A DNA stretch of 64,000 nucleotides from Candidatus Marinacidobacterales bacterium (GTDB lineage Bacteria > Acidobacteriota > Vicinamibacteria > Marinacidobacterales > SMYC01), in NCBI GenBank assembly GCA_965224085.1, contig CBDCYI010000005.1:480001-544000 (forward strand), given 5' to 3'. A program made the position numbers and the translations under genes. The notes beneath the pieces were generated by a model. That model worked only from the letters and a program-made list of their open reading frames with translations. It was not told the origin of the DNA and ran no database searches. Positions 1-10,205 of this stretch are shown one piece after another (position 1 is the first letter of the stretch; each line of letters begins with the position of its first letter).

Positions 1-413
1 TTCGCTCGCAACTGGAAGTTGGCGTGAACGGATGACGGATATCCCTGCGTCTCCGCGAGTAGGTCGGTCGATCCTGGTCGCTCCTTGCCGGTACACCACA
101 CTAGACTATATTCACCGGGGGCGAGAACCAACCGAGGGAATATCCATTTCCGATCCCGGTGGACGTCGTCACTCAAGCTGTAGCCCTCGAGGTCGACGGC
201 GCGTTTGCCGACGTTGTAGATCTCTACCCAATCGCCGCTTTGGCGATTTTCGTCGAAGTTTGTAGACTCGTTGGAGACGAGAAGCTCGTTGATAACGACG
301 TCCGTGGATGGGCGCCGTGCCGTCCCGTCCGTGCAGCTTGCAGCGAGCCAACCGAGGAGACTGACGCTCAATTCTCGCCCGAGCCACCGGAGTCGGCCGC
401 CCCCCCCGGTCAT
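1..413 (-). CDS. Lamin-tail-domain (LTD) lipoprotein, N-terminal part; runs off window start
   Basis: Manual translation from ATG 413: MTGGGGRLRWLGRELSVSLLGWLAASC (lipobox-like), then VVINELLVSN...GDWVEIYN...VDLEGYSLSDD...KWIFP..LAPGEYSLVW...HANFQL, typical LTD pattern. Not in the ORF track because it has no stop in the window. Confidence 0.75.
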   Translation of the reverse strand, partial: MTGGGGRLRWLGRELSVSLLGWLAASCTDGTARRPSTDVVINELLVSNESTNFDENRQSGDWVEIYNVGKRAVDLEGYSLSDDVHRDRKWIFPRLVLAPGEYSLVWCTGKERPGSTDLLAETQGYPSSVHANFQLRA

Positions 414-736
414 GGTTGCGTCGCCGGCCGGCTGTTCGAATCGCGAAGAACTGTCTCCCGGTTTCTTGATGGGACTCGAGCCGCGTGAATTGTAGGTTGC
501 ATTCTTTCGAGGTAGATGCGAATCCAGGCTCGGTCGTTTGCGGGCGAAAAACCGAAGATGTTTGACGTTCTCTTTCCGAACCCCGCCGGGCTTATAGACC
601 TCGAGCTTCCCCTTCGGTCGATGTGTCGTACAATCTCCGGCTCGTACAATGTTCCACTCGTCGCTCATGCGCACTATTCGCTCAGCGCTGAATCCGCGTT
701 CAGGCAGACGGCAGTGCGCTGGATCAGCCTAGCTAG

Positions 737-2418
737 TACCCGTCCTGACAGGTGTAAGAGGTTGAGAAAAAAGGGGTAATCGCAAATTTAGGGCTAGCCT
801 TCTGAGGGAGTGTCGTTTAGTATCGAGTCGACAAAAACGCAGATTCTAAACGACTTAACTCCAAAGGAGACCAGCCCTAAATGCGAAAAACGATCAACCC
901 ACAACCAAGCCTTCGCGAGCCCTGGCTGGAGCTGGAGCACGCACGCGAACTCGAAACGATATCATCGCTGCTCGATGCCCATCCTAAGCTCAATGAGCTG
1001 GTACTGCAAGACCTGAGGTCGGTCACCCCATCGGCAGGGAGCGATGTTGGTCGTGGGGGAATGAGCGCGGAGCAGGTTCTCCGGGCGTTGTTGGTCAAGC
1101 AGCTGAATCAGTTCACCTATCGGGAGCTGGCGTTTCACTTGGCAGACTCTCGAAGCTATCGGACGTTTTGCCAGCTCGGCATCATAGAGCCGAGCCCGTC
1201 GAAGTCGACCCTAGCAGCAAACATCAAAGCCGTGAAGTTCGAAACGCTGGAGAAAATCAACCGAGAGTTGGTGAGTGTTGCCGAGAAGACCGCGATCGAA
1301 AAAGGAAGAAAAGTACGAGTGGACTGCACGGTAGTGGAGTCGAATATTCATTCTCCTACGGACTCCGAGCTTCTTTATGACTGCGTCCGAGTTCTCACTC
1401 GCCTCATGTGCCGAACTCGCGAACTGCTGGGTACAGTAGTGGTCTTCGGCAATCGAACGCGTCGAGCGAAGAGACGTCGACTGGGAGTTCTAAACGCGAA
1501 GGATAAGGAACAAAGGCGTCGCGTCTATCGAGATCTACTGAAGGTGTCGGAAGAAACCTATCGCTCCGCTCAACGCGTTGCAGACCAGTTGGACGAGTCC
1601 GGCTTGACCGAGCCGGTGAAGCGAGCGAGTGCGGAGAAGATCGCCGCGGATTTTAAGCACTTTCTCGTCCTCACCGAAAAAGTCATCAACCAAACTCGGC
1701 GTAGAGTGATTGATGAAGAGCGTGTGCCTGCGGAGGAAAAGGTCGTTTCGATCTTCGAAGAACACACCGACATTATTCGCAAAGACCGGCGCGAGACTCT
1801 CTACGGTCACAAGGTGTGTTTGACTGGTGGCTCGTCCTCGATGATTTTGGATTGCGTGATCTTGGATGGGAATCCGTCCGATTCAACTCTCGCGGAAACC
1901 ATGATCGACCGTCAAGTCGAACTCTACGAACGGGCCCCGCGCCAGGTTGCCTACGATGGCGCGTTTTCTTCAAAGGCAAACTTGGAAGCCATCAAAGGCA
2001 AGGGAGTTGAAGATGTTGCCTTTACCAAGGCTCACTTCGCGGTGACCGATATGGTCAAGAGTTCCTGGGTCTATCAACGCCTACGGCGATTTCGCTGCGG
2101 AATCGAAGGCGTCATTTCGTTCTTGAAACGAGTCTTTGGTCTCGACCGATGCACATGGCGCTCATTGCCTTCTTTCAAATCCTACGTATGGAGTTCCATC
2201 ATCACCTGCAACCTGTTGGTAATGGCAAGGCACCTATTACGATAATAATGATTGCTCTTACTGCGTTTATAGCCATGGATTGCTGACGATTCGCCTCTCG
2301 TTTCGTCCAAGATTTTCATTCGCTTCCGAGCCTACGAGGTGCCGGCTGAAAACGTATAATACCCACATCTTCGATAGGCCTCTCGTACACCACAAGTTAT
2401 GGTGTTTCTGGACAGGAA
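737..2418 (+). mobile_element. Insertion sequence (ISNCY/IS5-like DDE), apparently complete
   Basis: Imperfect terminal IR (tacccgtcctgaca vs rc ttcctgtccagaaa, 10/14); CTAGCTAG on both flanks (729-736, 2419-2426); encloses a transposase. Confidence 0.8.
881..2245 (+). CDS. DDE transposase (ISNCY/IS5-like), 454 aa
   Basis: RVDCTVVESNIHSPTDSELL, KVVSIFEEHTDII, YDGAF, FRCGIEGVISFLKR motifs. Confidence 0.92.
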   Translation: MRKTINPQPSLREPWLELEHARELETISSLLDAHPKLNELVLQDLRSVTPSAGSDVGRGGMSAEQVLRALLVKQLNQFTYRELAFHLADSRSYRTFCQLGIIEPSPSKSTLAANIKAVKFETLEKINRELVSVAEKTAIEKGRKVRVDCTVVESNIHSPTDSELLYDCVRVLTRLMCRTRELLGTVVVFGNRTRRAKRRRLGVLNAKDKEQRRRVYRDLLKVSEETYRSAQRVADQLDESGLTEPVKRASAEKIAADFKHFLVLTEKVINQTRRRVIDEERVPAEEKVVSIFEEHTDIIRKDRRETLYGHKVCLTGGSSSMILDCVILDGNPSDSTLAETMIDRQVELYERAPRQVAYDGAFSSKANLEAIKGKGVEDVAFTKAHFAVTDMVKSSWVYQRLRRFRCGIEGVISFLKRVFGLDRCTWRSLPSFKSYVWSSIITCNLLVMARHLLR

Positions 2419-2425
2419 CTAGCTA

Positions 2426-3669
2426 GAGCCTGTTGCAAAACGTAACCGCTTTCACCGTTGGTTTCAATCCGCGTCCAATCGGGCAGCTGACAGATCTGTG
2501 ATTTGCCGGCGCCAAACGCGCCTGGATCGATCCGCAAGAATTTTCCCAACTATTTTGTATTTGGTCGTTTTTTTCTTGACTTGTAGCCTAAGGGATGATA
2601 TTTATTAGGCGTTATAGGGACCGTTACCAGGCAGTCCGCCCTCTTCTACGTCAACTTCTCCAAACAGGCGTCGCTCATCAAGGATGATCTACTCGAACCC
2701 GTCGACACGCTCCTCGAGGACCCCGAGCTGATAGAACTGACGAGAGAATCGCTCGCTGGTCGTTTCCCGCTCTCACCGCGTACCGGCCGGGTGAGTATCG
2801 CGCCTGACCGCTTGCTCCGCAGCTGTGTACTCAAGCACATCAAAGGATGGTCCTTCCGAGTCCTCGAGCGGGAGATCCGTTCTAGCCTCGTGTATCGGCG
2901 CTTCACTCGCTTCGACGACGATTCGATTCCCAACTACTCCACATTCAGTCGCAACTTTTCCCTACTCGGTGATGCGTTCGTAGAGAAAATCCATGCCCGT
3001 GTGGTCGCTCAGGCTCGAGACGAAAAGGTGGCTACGGGACGCAAGTTACGCACGGATACGACGGTAGTGGAGAGCAACATCCATTACCCCACAGATAGCT
3101 CACTGCTTGCCGATGGCATCCGGGTGCTCACCCGTAGTCTGAAGTGTATTGCAAAGGCTTGTGCTCAAGGTGCGCTCAAGGTGGTGGACCACAGCCGATC
3201 AACGAAAAACAGGCAGCTTGAGATCGACCGCGCCAGCAAGTCGTTCACCGAATCGAGCCAAGTCAAGTTCAAGCAAAGTTATCGCAAGCTCATGGGCACG
3301 GCGCGCAGCGTGGTCCGGCAAGCCGACGAGGTTATTCAGTCGCTCAAGAGCGGAAAGCTTCCGGTCGTGGGTTCGCTGGTGAGCATCATAAGCAATCAGA
3401 GCCAACTCGAACATTATCTGCCACTGTGCAAAAAGGTGTTAGCTCAGACAAAGGCCCGTGTTTTAGGGGGCCATCGTCACCATCCGGACAAGATCGTCAG
3501 CCTGTTCGAGGAGCATACGGCCGTGATCCGAAAAGGCAAAACATGGAAGCCGACCGAGTTTGGACGACTCGTGCGAATTGATGAGGTGGAGAACGGCATT
3601 GTTAGCCACTACGAAGTTGCCGCAGGCAATCCGGCGGACCAAACTCAGTGGATGCCCGCGCTGGAGCAA
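2426..3669 (+). mobile_element. Second ISNCY/IS5-like element, right part lost
   Basis: Begins GAGCCTGTTGCAAAA directly after CTAG; transposase cut by the IS5 copy at 3670. Confidence 0.75.
2611..3669 (+). pseudogene. Truncated DDE transposase
   Basis: Frame is open from about 2600 (start codon unclear); RTDTTVVESNIHYPTDSSLL and KIVSLFEEHTAVIRKGK..KPTEFG present; ends at the IS5 IR before the second catalytic region. Confidence 0.82.
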
Positions 3670-4756
3670 TGCCTTGGTGCACAACTCCGATAGAGGCCGA
3701 GAGCTCGCTTGGCCCCGACTCCCATCATCCGATCATCTCGCTATCAGGCATCCCGAGCGCCGTCATGGTGTGGAGAATCTTGCACCCGATCCTTGCCTCG
3801 ACTCTCTGTGCCGCCAACCCTCTCGCTCGCATCGCTGAGCCCACGATAGCCTTGTAGCGATGGAACGTTGTCTCGACTTTGCTCCGTTTGCTGTAGCCCG
3901 ATTCTGTGTGCCACTTTCGTTTGCCGAGCCGAGCTTGTGCTGCAATGTTGCGATTGCGCTGTCGGCTGCTCGCCGGCCCCGATGCGAGCTGGGCGCCCTT
4001 GCGCGGCGGTATCAGCACCCTCGGCGAGCGATGAGCGCTGTGATTCTCGATTGCCTCATAGACGCCGCTGGCGTCGTATGCGGTGTCAGCTCTGGCCGAT
4101 GAGATGGGACTGTCGCTCTGTCCGACAAGCGATGCAACCCGCGATGAATCGCGGGCTCTTTTGCTCGTCAGCTCGCCGGCGACGACTTCGCTACTCTGCT
4201 CGTCGACACACAGATGGAGCTTGCGATAGTCCCTGCTATTTGGTGCTCTGCGCAGCTGGCCGGCGTGGACAGCGAGACCGCTGCTGTCGATCAAGATGTG
4301 CAACGGCGTCTTCTGCTTGTCTTGGTAGAAGGGGACCTTACCCAGCTTCGCCTTGCGCCTCGAGATCGTGGTGTGATCGGGCACATCATTGTCTAGCTTC
4401 ATCAGAGCGAACAACGATCGCAGCAATCCCTCGCTCTGCCTAGACGACAGATGAAACACCATGCCCAGGGTGACAGCCGTCTCGATGGCGTGGTTCGAGT
4501 ACTTGCGTTGACGGCCCGGTTTCCTCCTCCTTGGCCGGGGCGCGTCCCAGTTCACAAGCTTGCCGGCGGTGAGCGAGATCCAGACGGTCAGGCTCCCGCG
4601 GTTGCGTAGACCCGCCTCATATTCACGCCAATTCCTCACGCGATAGGCCTTCTTCACATACTTCCGCTGAGTGCGTTTGAAAATGCTCATGGGGAACCTC
4701 GTATCCGCGAGTACAGGACAATTGTGGACCGAGATCGCGAGTTGTGCACCAAGGCA
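3670..4756 (-). mobile_element. IS5 family (IS903 group) element, copy 1, 1087 bp
   Basis: Perfect 18-bp IR TGCCTTGGTGCACAACTC at both ends; near-identical to 32182-33268. Confidence 0.95.
3725..4690 (-). CDS. IS5/IS903-group transposase, 321 aa
   Basis: YRVRNWREYEAGLRNRGSLTVW, VPDHTTISRR, IDSSGL, RKLHLCVD, ADTAYD, GYSKRSKVETTFHRYK. Confidence 0.93.
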   Translation of the reverse strand: MSIFKRTQRKYVKKAYRVRNWREYEAGLRNRGSLTVWISLTAGKLVNWDAPRPRRRKPGRQRKYSNHAIETAVTLGMVFHLSSRQSEGLLRSLFALMKLDNDVPDHTTISRRKAKLGKVPFYQDKQKTPLHILIDSSGLAVHAGQLRRAPNSRDYRKLHLCVDEQSSEVVAGELTSKRARDSSRVASLVGQSDSPISSARADTAYDASGVYEAIENHSAHRSPRVLIPPRKGAQLASGPASSRQRNRNIAAQARLGKRKWHTESGYSKRSKVETTFHRYKAIVGSAMRARGLAAQRVEARIGCKILHTMTALGMPDSEMIG

Positions 4757-5042
4757 CATCGAAGTTGCAACCACCTTGCAGGACCCGACCAATCCGGACT
4801 CCAAGAAGTTTCCGGAGAATCGCGAGCCAATGACACTCGAACAGGCGATAGAAGCCGTCACGATTGGCCCAGCCTGGCAAATCCGAATGGAAGACAAGAT
4901 CGGCAGCCTCGAGGTAGGCAAGTATGCCGACTTGGTGATACTCGAGTCGAACTTGTTCGATATTGCGCCGCGGGACATCGCTGATGTGAACGTGCTGGCA
5001 ACGATGATGGACGGCAAGTTCACCCACCGAGACGGCTTCTAA
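4757..5042 (+). pseudogene. C-terminal remnant of amidohydrolase 3 family protein
   Basis: MTLEQAIEAVTIGPAWQ...IGSLEVGKYADLVIL..NLF...VLATMMDGK; 5' part replaced by IS5. Confidence 0.85.
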
Positions 5043-5055
5043 GACCCGGGTCAGA

Positions 5056-5677
5056 ATGAAAGGTCTCAGATTCCGCGGGGGATTGCGATACACGGTGCAC
5101 TTGGCGCTTGCTTTGTTGTTTGTTAGCAGCTCTGCTCGAGCGAATCGCCTTGCAAAGCTTGAATGCGTGCAAGAGGGTCGCGGGGATTCCGTTGCGGACG
5201 AAGAAGAGGCGCAGGATAGGGAGGACCCCGAGGGCCGTACCCTGAAACCGTTGGTCATTTCGAGCAACCCAAAACTCGAGGTGAAGCTCAGTGGAAGAAT
5301 CCACCGCATGATTCAGTTCACGAGCGACGGAAGCAGTGGGGGAGCCGACGCGTTCTTTACGGACAGCCTCCAAGGTCCCACTATCCTCCGCGTCGATGTT
5401 GCGGGGAAAGCCAGCGATACGCTGACTGTCGGCGGCGCCTTGGAGCTTGGGCTTCAGCAGAACAGTCCCGTCTTCGTCAGCCAAGACAACGCCGATGCCG
5501 GGTTCAACGTGACCGGTCGCGTCGCGGAGCTATATTTGGATGCAAAGATAGGAAAGTTCAGCCTCGGTCGTGGCTTTGCGGCCGCTTGGGTATCCCCCGA
5601 GATAGATCTCTCGGGCACTCAGTTCGCGAGCCTCTTGCCGGTGGGCATGTTGTTTCCTGGCCTAAAGTTCGTGGACA
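5056..5677 (+). pseudogene. N-terminal part of a putative outer-membrane porin
   Basis: Signal peptide, VKLSGRIHRMI, alternating beta-strand pattern, GKFSLGRG; runs into IS1634 sequence at about 5678. Confidence 0.6.
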
Positions 5678-6462
5678 ACCTCAAGCGAAAACAGATCCCG
5701 CAAGCGCAAAAACAGCTCTTTCTCGATCTGTTCTTTGCGGGCATGCAGCTGGTCGAGCGTTCGGTACCATTGCTTGAGTTGGCGAGACTCCACGCGAACC
5801 CGCGGGGAGCGACTCGCTCGCCGCTCCCCATCATCGCGCCACTGCGGCACCCACCGCCGCCCCTGCCGGTCGCAGACGAAGTCGGTCTCGAGCCAGCGCG
5901 CCAGACCGTGCTCGCTTGACGGAGCACATAGCCGGTTGGCGACCAGCACCAAAGCTCGCTCGCTTAGCGCCACTCCGTCGCGCTTGCCGCGGCCTCCGAG
6001 CCGGTCGAGAATCTGCTCCAGTCCGAGCTCGCGCCACAGCGTCGCCGTCACCACCATCGGACCCCAATCCCACGCGTCTGCCCCCGCGATCTGCTCGGCT
6101 GCTCGCTCGGTGTCGGCCGGTTCACCGGCCCCAAGCAACCGATTGAGGGAGTCGAGATTGGCAACTAGGAGATCCTTGCGCCCCAAGTTGCACACTACGC
6201 GTTGCTTCGGCTTGCCGTGCTCCCGATACGACTCGACCAGGCGGACATACTCATGTTGAACCCCTTTGCCGCCTGCGGCCCGAACGATGCGGAAGAACAT
6301 AACCTGTCCTCACGCATACTACATATCATTGTCCACGATTACAACGTATTAATGGCGCTCAAAGCACAATATCTGTCTCTACGTTTTGGGCAAATTCAAC
6401 CCCCGTTCCTTTGAATTCAGTCACTTACGAGCGTTAGGGTGCCCATAAAGGGTAAACATGGG
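5678..6462 (-). mobile_element. IS1634-family element, left end and 5' third of transposase only
   Basis: ORF from 6300: YVRLVESYREHGKPKQRVVCNLGR, LVANRLCAPSSEHGLARWL, YRTLDQL..LRDLFSLEV; stops before the DDE core; probable end CCCATGTTT at about 6462. Confidence 0.85.
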
Positions 6463-6540
6463 CTAATGAGGTTCGCCGGGAAAGTTGGATTCACTGACCG
6501 GTCGGATGCTGTCCCTGCCGGAGGACAGGATTGTAGGGGA

Positions 6541-7899
6541 CTAGTGCTCGGGCTCCGCTTCGGCGGCAAGCACCCAGACGCGGACCATGCTGGGGCGTAG
6601 GCCGGGAAAACGCGCGCCGGCGCGGGCCGCCTCGAGCTTCGCGTAGAGCGCGTTCACATCCGCGCCGCGGATATCTTCGACGCGGCGATAGCCGAGCTGC
6701 CGCAAGTGCGCACCGTGGTGGTGTCCGATCCCTTTATGGGTGAGCAGCCTGGTCTCTTCGTAGAGCTCCGTTATGCCGTTTTTGGTGAGCTCGAGGCTTT
6801 CTCGAATCCGATCCCGTGTGCCCGGCTCTTCGAGCGCTCGGAGAAGATGCCGCGGACGTCGAATATCTTCGGCCTCGAGGGTCGCCGCGCCGCCAGGAGG
6901 AAGCGTTTCGAGATGATCGAGCTCGAGCTGAAGGGAGCCCACGTTCGTTGTCATCGCCAGAAGGCCGACGACGCCCCAGAAGACGAGGTGCAGCGGGAGC
7001 ATTGCCGCGAAAGCTCTCGTTTTGAGAGGTGCGCGCGGCTCGAGCCGTTGGCTCACGTCGTCGGGGTGCTCCCAAGTGGCGTTTCCGTGGAAGAGATAGG
7101 CGAGCGCGGCGTAAGCGGCAAAGGCGTCGAGCGCGAGCGCGGGAAAACCGAGAAAGCCGAGAGCCGGCATCTCGAAGAGCTTGAGCTCTTCCAATCCGCG
7201 GACCGTGTAGATCCATTTTTGCGGCGCGAGAAAATTGAAACTCTCCCAGACGAGCCCGCAGAGAAGACCAGCCACGAGCAAACGCACGACGATGCCGAGA
7301 TGGCCGCGCTCGAAATCGGCGAGGATCGATCGCGCGCCGCGCCGGTAGTTCCAAGGGTCTGCAAGAAAGGTCAAGCTTCCCCAAACGAGCGGTGCGAGGT
7401 AGTAGGAGAACACAAGCGATAGCGTGACCATCACCGCGCCGAGACTCTGCACACCGTAGCTGACCCAAGCTGGGAGCTGGCGCGGACGTATCTCGACGCG
7501 CCTCGCGAGCTTTAGCGCCGTCAGCATCTCATAGGTTTCGAAGAGTCCCATGAACACGGTCGCGAAAGCCGCCGCGCCGAAGAGCGCACCTAAAAGCGCG
7601 TCCCCGATCGAGCCCACTCCGAAAACGCCGACGTAGTACCAGTTTTGATAGCGAAGGTTCAGGACCTCGAAGAAATACCAGAACGTGACCGACCAGAAGA
7701 GGATGCTCGGAACATATTGGCGGCGCGTCGTGAGAAGCGAGCTTCCGCGTCTCCATGCCACGAAGCCATCGAGCATGAAGATATAGCTCCACCACGCATA
7801 AGCGTAGAATGGCTGCGCGATGAAGCCGATGTCGAGCCATAGCCCCGCGAAGGAGATCGCGAGGCCGAAGGCGCCGAGCAGGATGAGCTGTGGTCCCAC
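6541..7899 (-). CDS. Membrane protein with C-terminal DUF4332-like (HhH) domain
   Basis: Multiple TM segments, WYFFEVLNLRYQNWYY, WESFNF..KWIY, KLFEMPALGFLGF; C-terminal KGIGHHHGAHLRQLG. Confidence 0.7.
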   Translation of the reverse strand: MGPQLILLGAFGLAISFAGLWLDIGFIAQPFYAYAWWSYIFMLDGFVAWRRGSSLLTTRRQYVPSILFWSVTFWYFFEVLNLRYQNWYYVGVFGVGSIGDALLGALFGAAAFATVFMGLFETYEMLTALKLARRVEIRPRQLPAWVSYGVQSLGAVMVTLSLVFSYYLAPLVWGSLTFLADPWNYRRGARSILADFERGHLGIVVRLLVAGLLCGLVWESFNFLAPQKWIYTVRGLEELKLFEMPALGFLGFPALALDAFAAYAALAYLFHGNATWEHPDDVSQRLEPRAPLKTRAFAAMLPLHLVFWGVVGLLAMTTNVGSLQLELDHLETLPPGGAATLEAEDIRRPRHLLRALEEPGTRDRIRESLELTKNGITELYEETRLLTHKGIGHHHGAHLRQLGYRRVEDIRGADVNALYAKLEAARAGARFPGLRPSMVRVWVLAAEAEPEH

Positions 7900-7917
7900 A
7901 CGACCAATATAGCGGGT

Positions 7918-9501
7918 TTACATGGGCTCGACGTCGTAGAGCTCGAGTCCGGGCGCGTTCTCGAGCGCATAGCTCAAGTTCCAGTTCGAGTCGGTGAGCA
8001 CGACGGGCAGTCCGTTGCGGTCCTCGACAACGCGGTAGCCGTGCGTGGCGCGAAGCCACTCGAGCCCTTCGGGCTCCCCGCCTACCCAGCGGGCGCGACT
8101 GAACGACGCTTTTTGGAAGACCACCGAGATCTTGTACTCGTTGCGGAGTCGCTCTTTGAGCACTTCGAATTGCAAGATACCGACCGCGCCGAGGAACGGG
8201 TTCTGCCTTCCTTGTCCCGGCGTGAAAAAGAGCTGGATGACGCCTTCCTGCGAAAGCTGTTCGAGGCCCGTATCGAGCGCTTTGCGCTTCATCGGGTCCT
8301 CGAGCCGGAGCTGGCCGAATTGCTCGGGCGCGAAGCGCGGGATGCCCGCGAACGTGATACCGCCCCCGTTCGACAGAGTGTCGCCGACGCGAAGCTTCCC
8401 TGTGTTGTAGAGGCCGACGATGTCGCCCGGCCACGCTTTTGCGACGAGCGAGCGCTCCTGCGCCATGAAGGTGTGCGGTTTCGAGAGGCGCAAGACTTCG
8501 TTCGAGCGTCCGATCACCGCGTCCATCCCGCGCTCGAACTTGCCGCTCACAACGCGCATGAACGCGATCCCGTCCCGATGGCGCGGGTTCATATTCGCTT
8601 GGATCTTGAAGACGAAGCCCGTGAAGCGATTTTCGTTGGGCTTTATCTCTTCGCCGTCTTCCGTTGTTCTCGGCCCGGGCGGCGCAGCCTCTTTTGCGAG
8701 AAAGCCGAGGAGTTCTTCAACGCCGAAGTTACTCATGGCCGAGCCCCAGAAAAGCGGGCTCACGTCGCCGGCGAGAAAGCGCTCGCGGGAGAACACGTCG
8801 CCCGCGTGCTCGATGAGCTCGAGCTCTTCCGAGATGCGATCGAAGGCTTCGGCGCTGACAAGGCTCTCGGCCTGGTCGAAGCCGGCGCGCTCCGCCGCCA
8901 CTATCTCGCTTCCGTGGCGGCCTTCGGCTTCATAAAGAATGATTTCCCGGGTCGCGAGGTTCACGACGCCTTTGAAATCCGTCCCCATCCCGAGCGGCCA
9001 GTTCACTGGAGCGACTTCGAGGTCGAGGGTGTCGCGGACTTGATCGACGAGCTCCAGCGGATGGAGACCGTAGCGGTCGAGCTTGTTCATGAAGGTCACG
9101 ACCGGGAGGCGGCGCATGCGGCAGACTTCGAAAAGCTTCAACGTCCGCGGCTCGACGCCTTTCGCGTGGTCCATGAGCATGACCGCGGAGTCGACGGCGG
9201 CGAGCGTTCTGAACGTGTCCTCGGAGAAGTCTGCGTGACCCGGCGTGTCGAGGAGGTTTAGAGCGCGCCCCTCGTAGTCGAATTGCAGCACCGAGGAGGT
9301 CACCGAGATGCCGCGCTCTTGCTCGATCTTCATCCAGTCGGAGATCGTGGAGCGCGAGGCGCGCTTTGCTTTCACCGATCCCGCGAGGTGGATGGCTTTA
9401 GCATAGAGAAGAAGCTTTTCCGTGAGCGTCGTCTTCCCGGCGTCGGGATGCGAGATGATGGCGAACGTTCGTCGCCTTTGCACTTCGTCTGCGAAACTCA
9501 T
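7918..9501 (-). CDS. prfC: Peptide chain release factor 3
   Basis: RRTFAIISHPDAGKTTLTEKLLL, ERGISVTSS, DTPGHADFSEDT, FKIQANMNPRHRD, GAVGILQFEVL. Confidence 0.97.
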   Translation of the reverse strand: MSFADEVQRRRTFAIISHPDAGKTTLTEKLLLYAKAIHLAGSVKAKRASRSTISDWMKIEQERGISVTSSVLQFDYEGRALNLLDTPGHADFSEDTFRTLAAVDSAVMLMDHAKGVEPRTLKLFEVCRMRRLPVVTFMNKLDRYGLHPLELVDQVRDTLDLEVAPVNWPLGMGTDFKGVVNLATREIILYEAEGRHGSEIVAAERAGFDQAESLVSAEAFDRISEELELIEHAGDVFSRERFLAGDVSPLFWGSAMSNFGVEELLGFLAKEAAPPGPRTTEDGEEIKPNENRFTGFVFKIQANMNPRHRDGIAFMRVVSGKFERGMDAVIGRSNEVLRLSKPHTFMAQERSLVAKAWPGDIVGLYNTGKLRVGDTLSNGGGITFAGIPRFAPEQFGQLRLEDPMKRKALDTGLEQLSQEGVIQLFFTPGQGRQNPFLGAVGILQFEVLKERLRNEYKISVVFQKASFSRARWVGGEPEGLEWLRATHGYRVVEDRNGLPVVLTDSNWNLSYALENAPGLELYDVEPM

Positions 9502-9504
9502 CGG

Positions 9505-9659
9505 TGGGGACGTTCAGTGGCGGCGACGCCTACAGTGAGCGCGTGGCCGGTCTTGCCGACGAAGCGGTCCACGGCGCGCTCCAGGATCGAGCGGCGGGCG
9601 CGGTACCATCAATGCTCGTCCTCGAGCGCGGCCATTCTGGCACGGAAAAGCTCTTGCAT
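9505..9659 (-). pseudogene. Remnant of class I SAM methyltransferase N-terminus
   Basis: MQELFRARMAALEDEH*WYRARRSILERA; resembles the EDxHWWY/F-R-ARR motif with Trp mutated to TGA; truncated. Confidence 0.55.
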
Positions 9660-9665
9660 GACAAA

Positions 9666-10205
9666 GTGAACAACCACCGCCTAGAAGGCGGTGGCTTCAA
9701 GGGCTGTCAATTGGAAATTGACTGTCGTCGTGAAGAGGCTCGCCATCCTGGGAGTCTATGTACTCCTTTACCATCTCGTCCGTTATGCTTCCTGAACTCA
9801 CCGCCAGATATCCTCGGGCCCAGAAGTGCCGGCCCCAAAACTTCTTCCTCAGGTGAGCAAACTCCTGAAGGAGTACTCGGGAGCTTATTCCTTTTAGCCA
9901 CTGCACGATCGTACTCAGGTCCTGGTGTGGTCGGTAGGATACGAACACGTGGACGTGGTCGCGTGCAACCTTACCCGAGATTATGTGCAGCTCATGTTCC
10001 ATCGCGATCTGACGAATCAGATCGCGCACACGAACCGCTACTGGACCGATCAAAACCTTTTTACGGTATTTCGGTATCCAAACGATGTGCGCTTTTAGGT
10101 CCGTTTTCGTGTGCGCTCCGTGCCTGTAGTGACGCACGCGACCACAATACCACGATCTTCTCTTCGCCTAAAGGCGAGGGGTTTCGACCATCCCCGGAAG
10201 AGACA
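9666..10205 (-). mobile_element. IS200-like tnpA-only element A, copy 1 (540 bp)
   Basis: Subterminal hairpins at both ends; TTAG 5' of the left end; ends in TCAC; near-identical to 30441-30981. Confidence 0.92.
9697..10137 (-). CDS. tnpA: IS200/IS605 Y1 transposase TnpA
   Basis: HIVWIPKYRK, HUH motif DHVHV, LKGISS, FWARGY, YI..Q. Confidence 0.95.
   Translation of the reverse strand: MRHYRHGAHTKTDLKAHIVWIPKYRKKVLIGPVAVRVRDLIRQIAMEHELHIISGKVARDHVHVFVSYRPHQDLSTIVQWLKGISSRVLLQEFAHLRKKFWGRHFWARGYLAVSSGSITDEMVKEYIDSQDGEPLHDDSQFPIDSP

Noticed and set aside
3725-5023. 432-aa ORF as an extended transposase
   Set aside because: The first ~110 aa are the antisense of the amidohydrolase remnant plus the IS end; the real start is 4690, as in copy 2.
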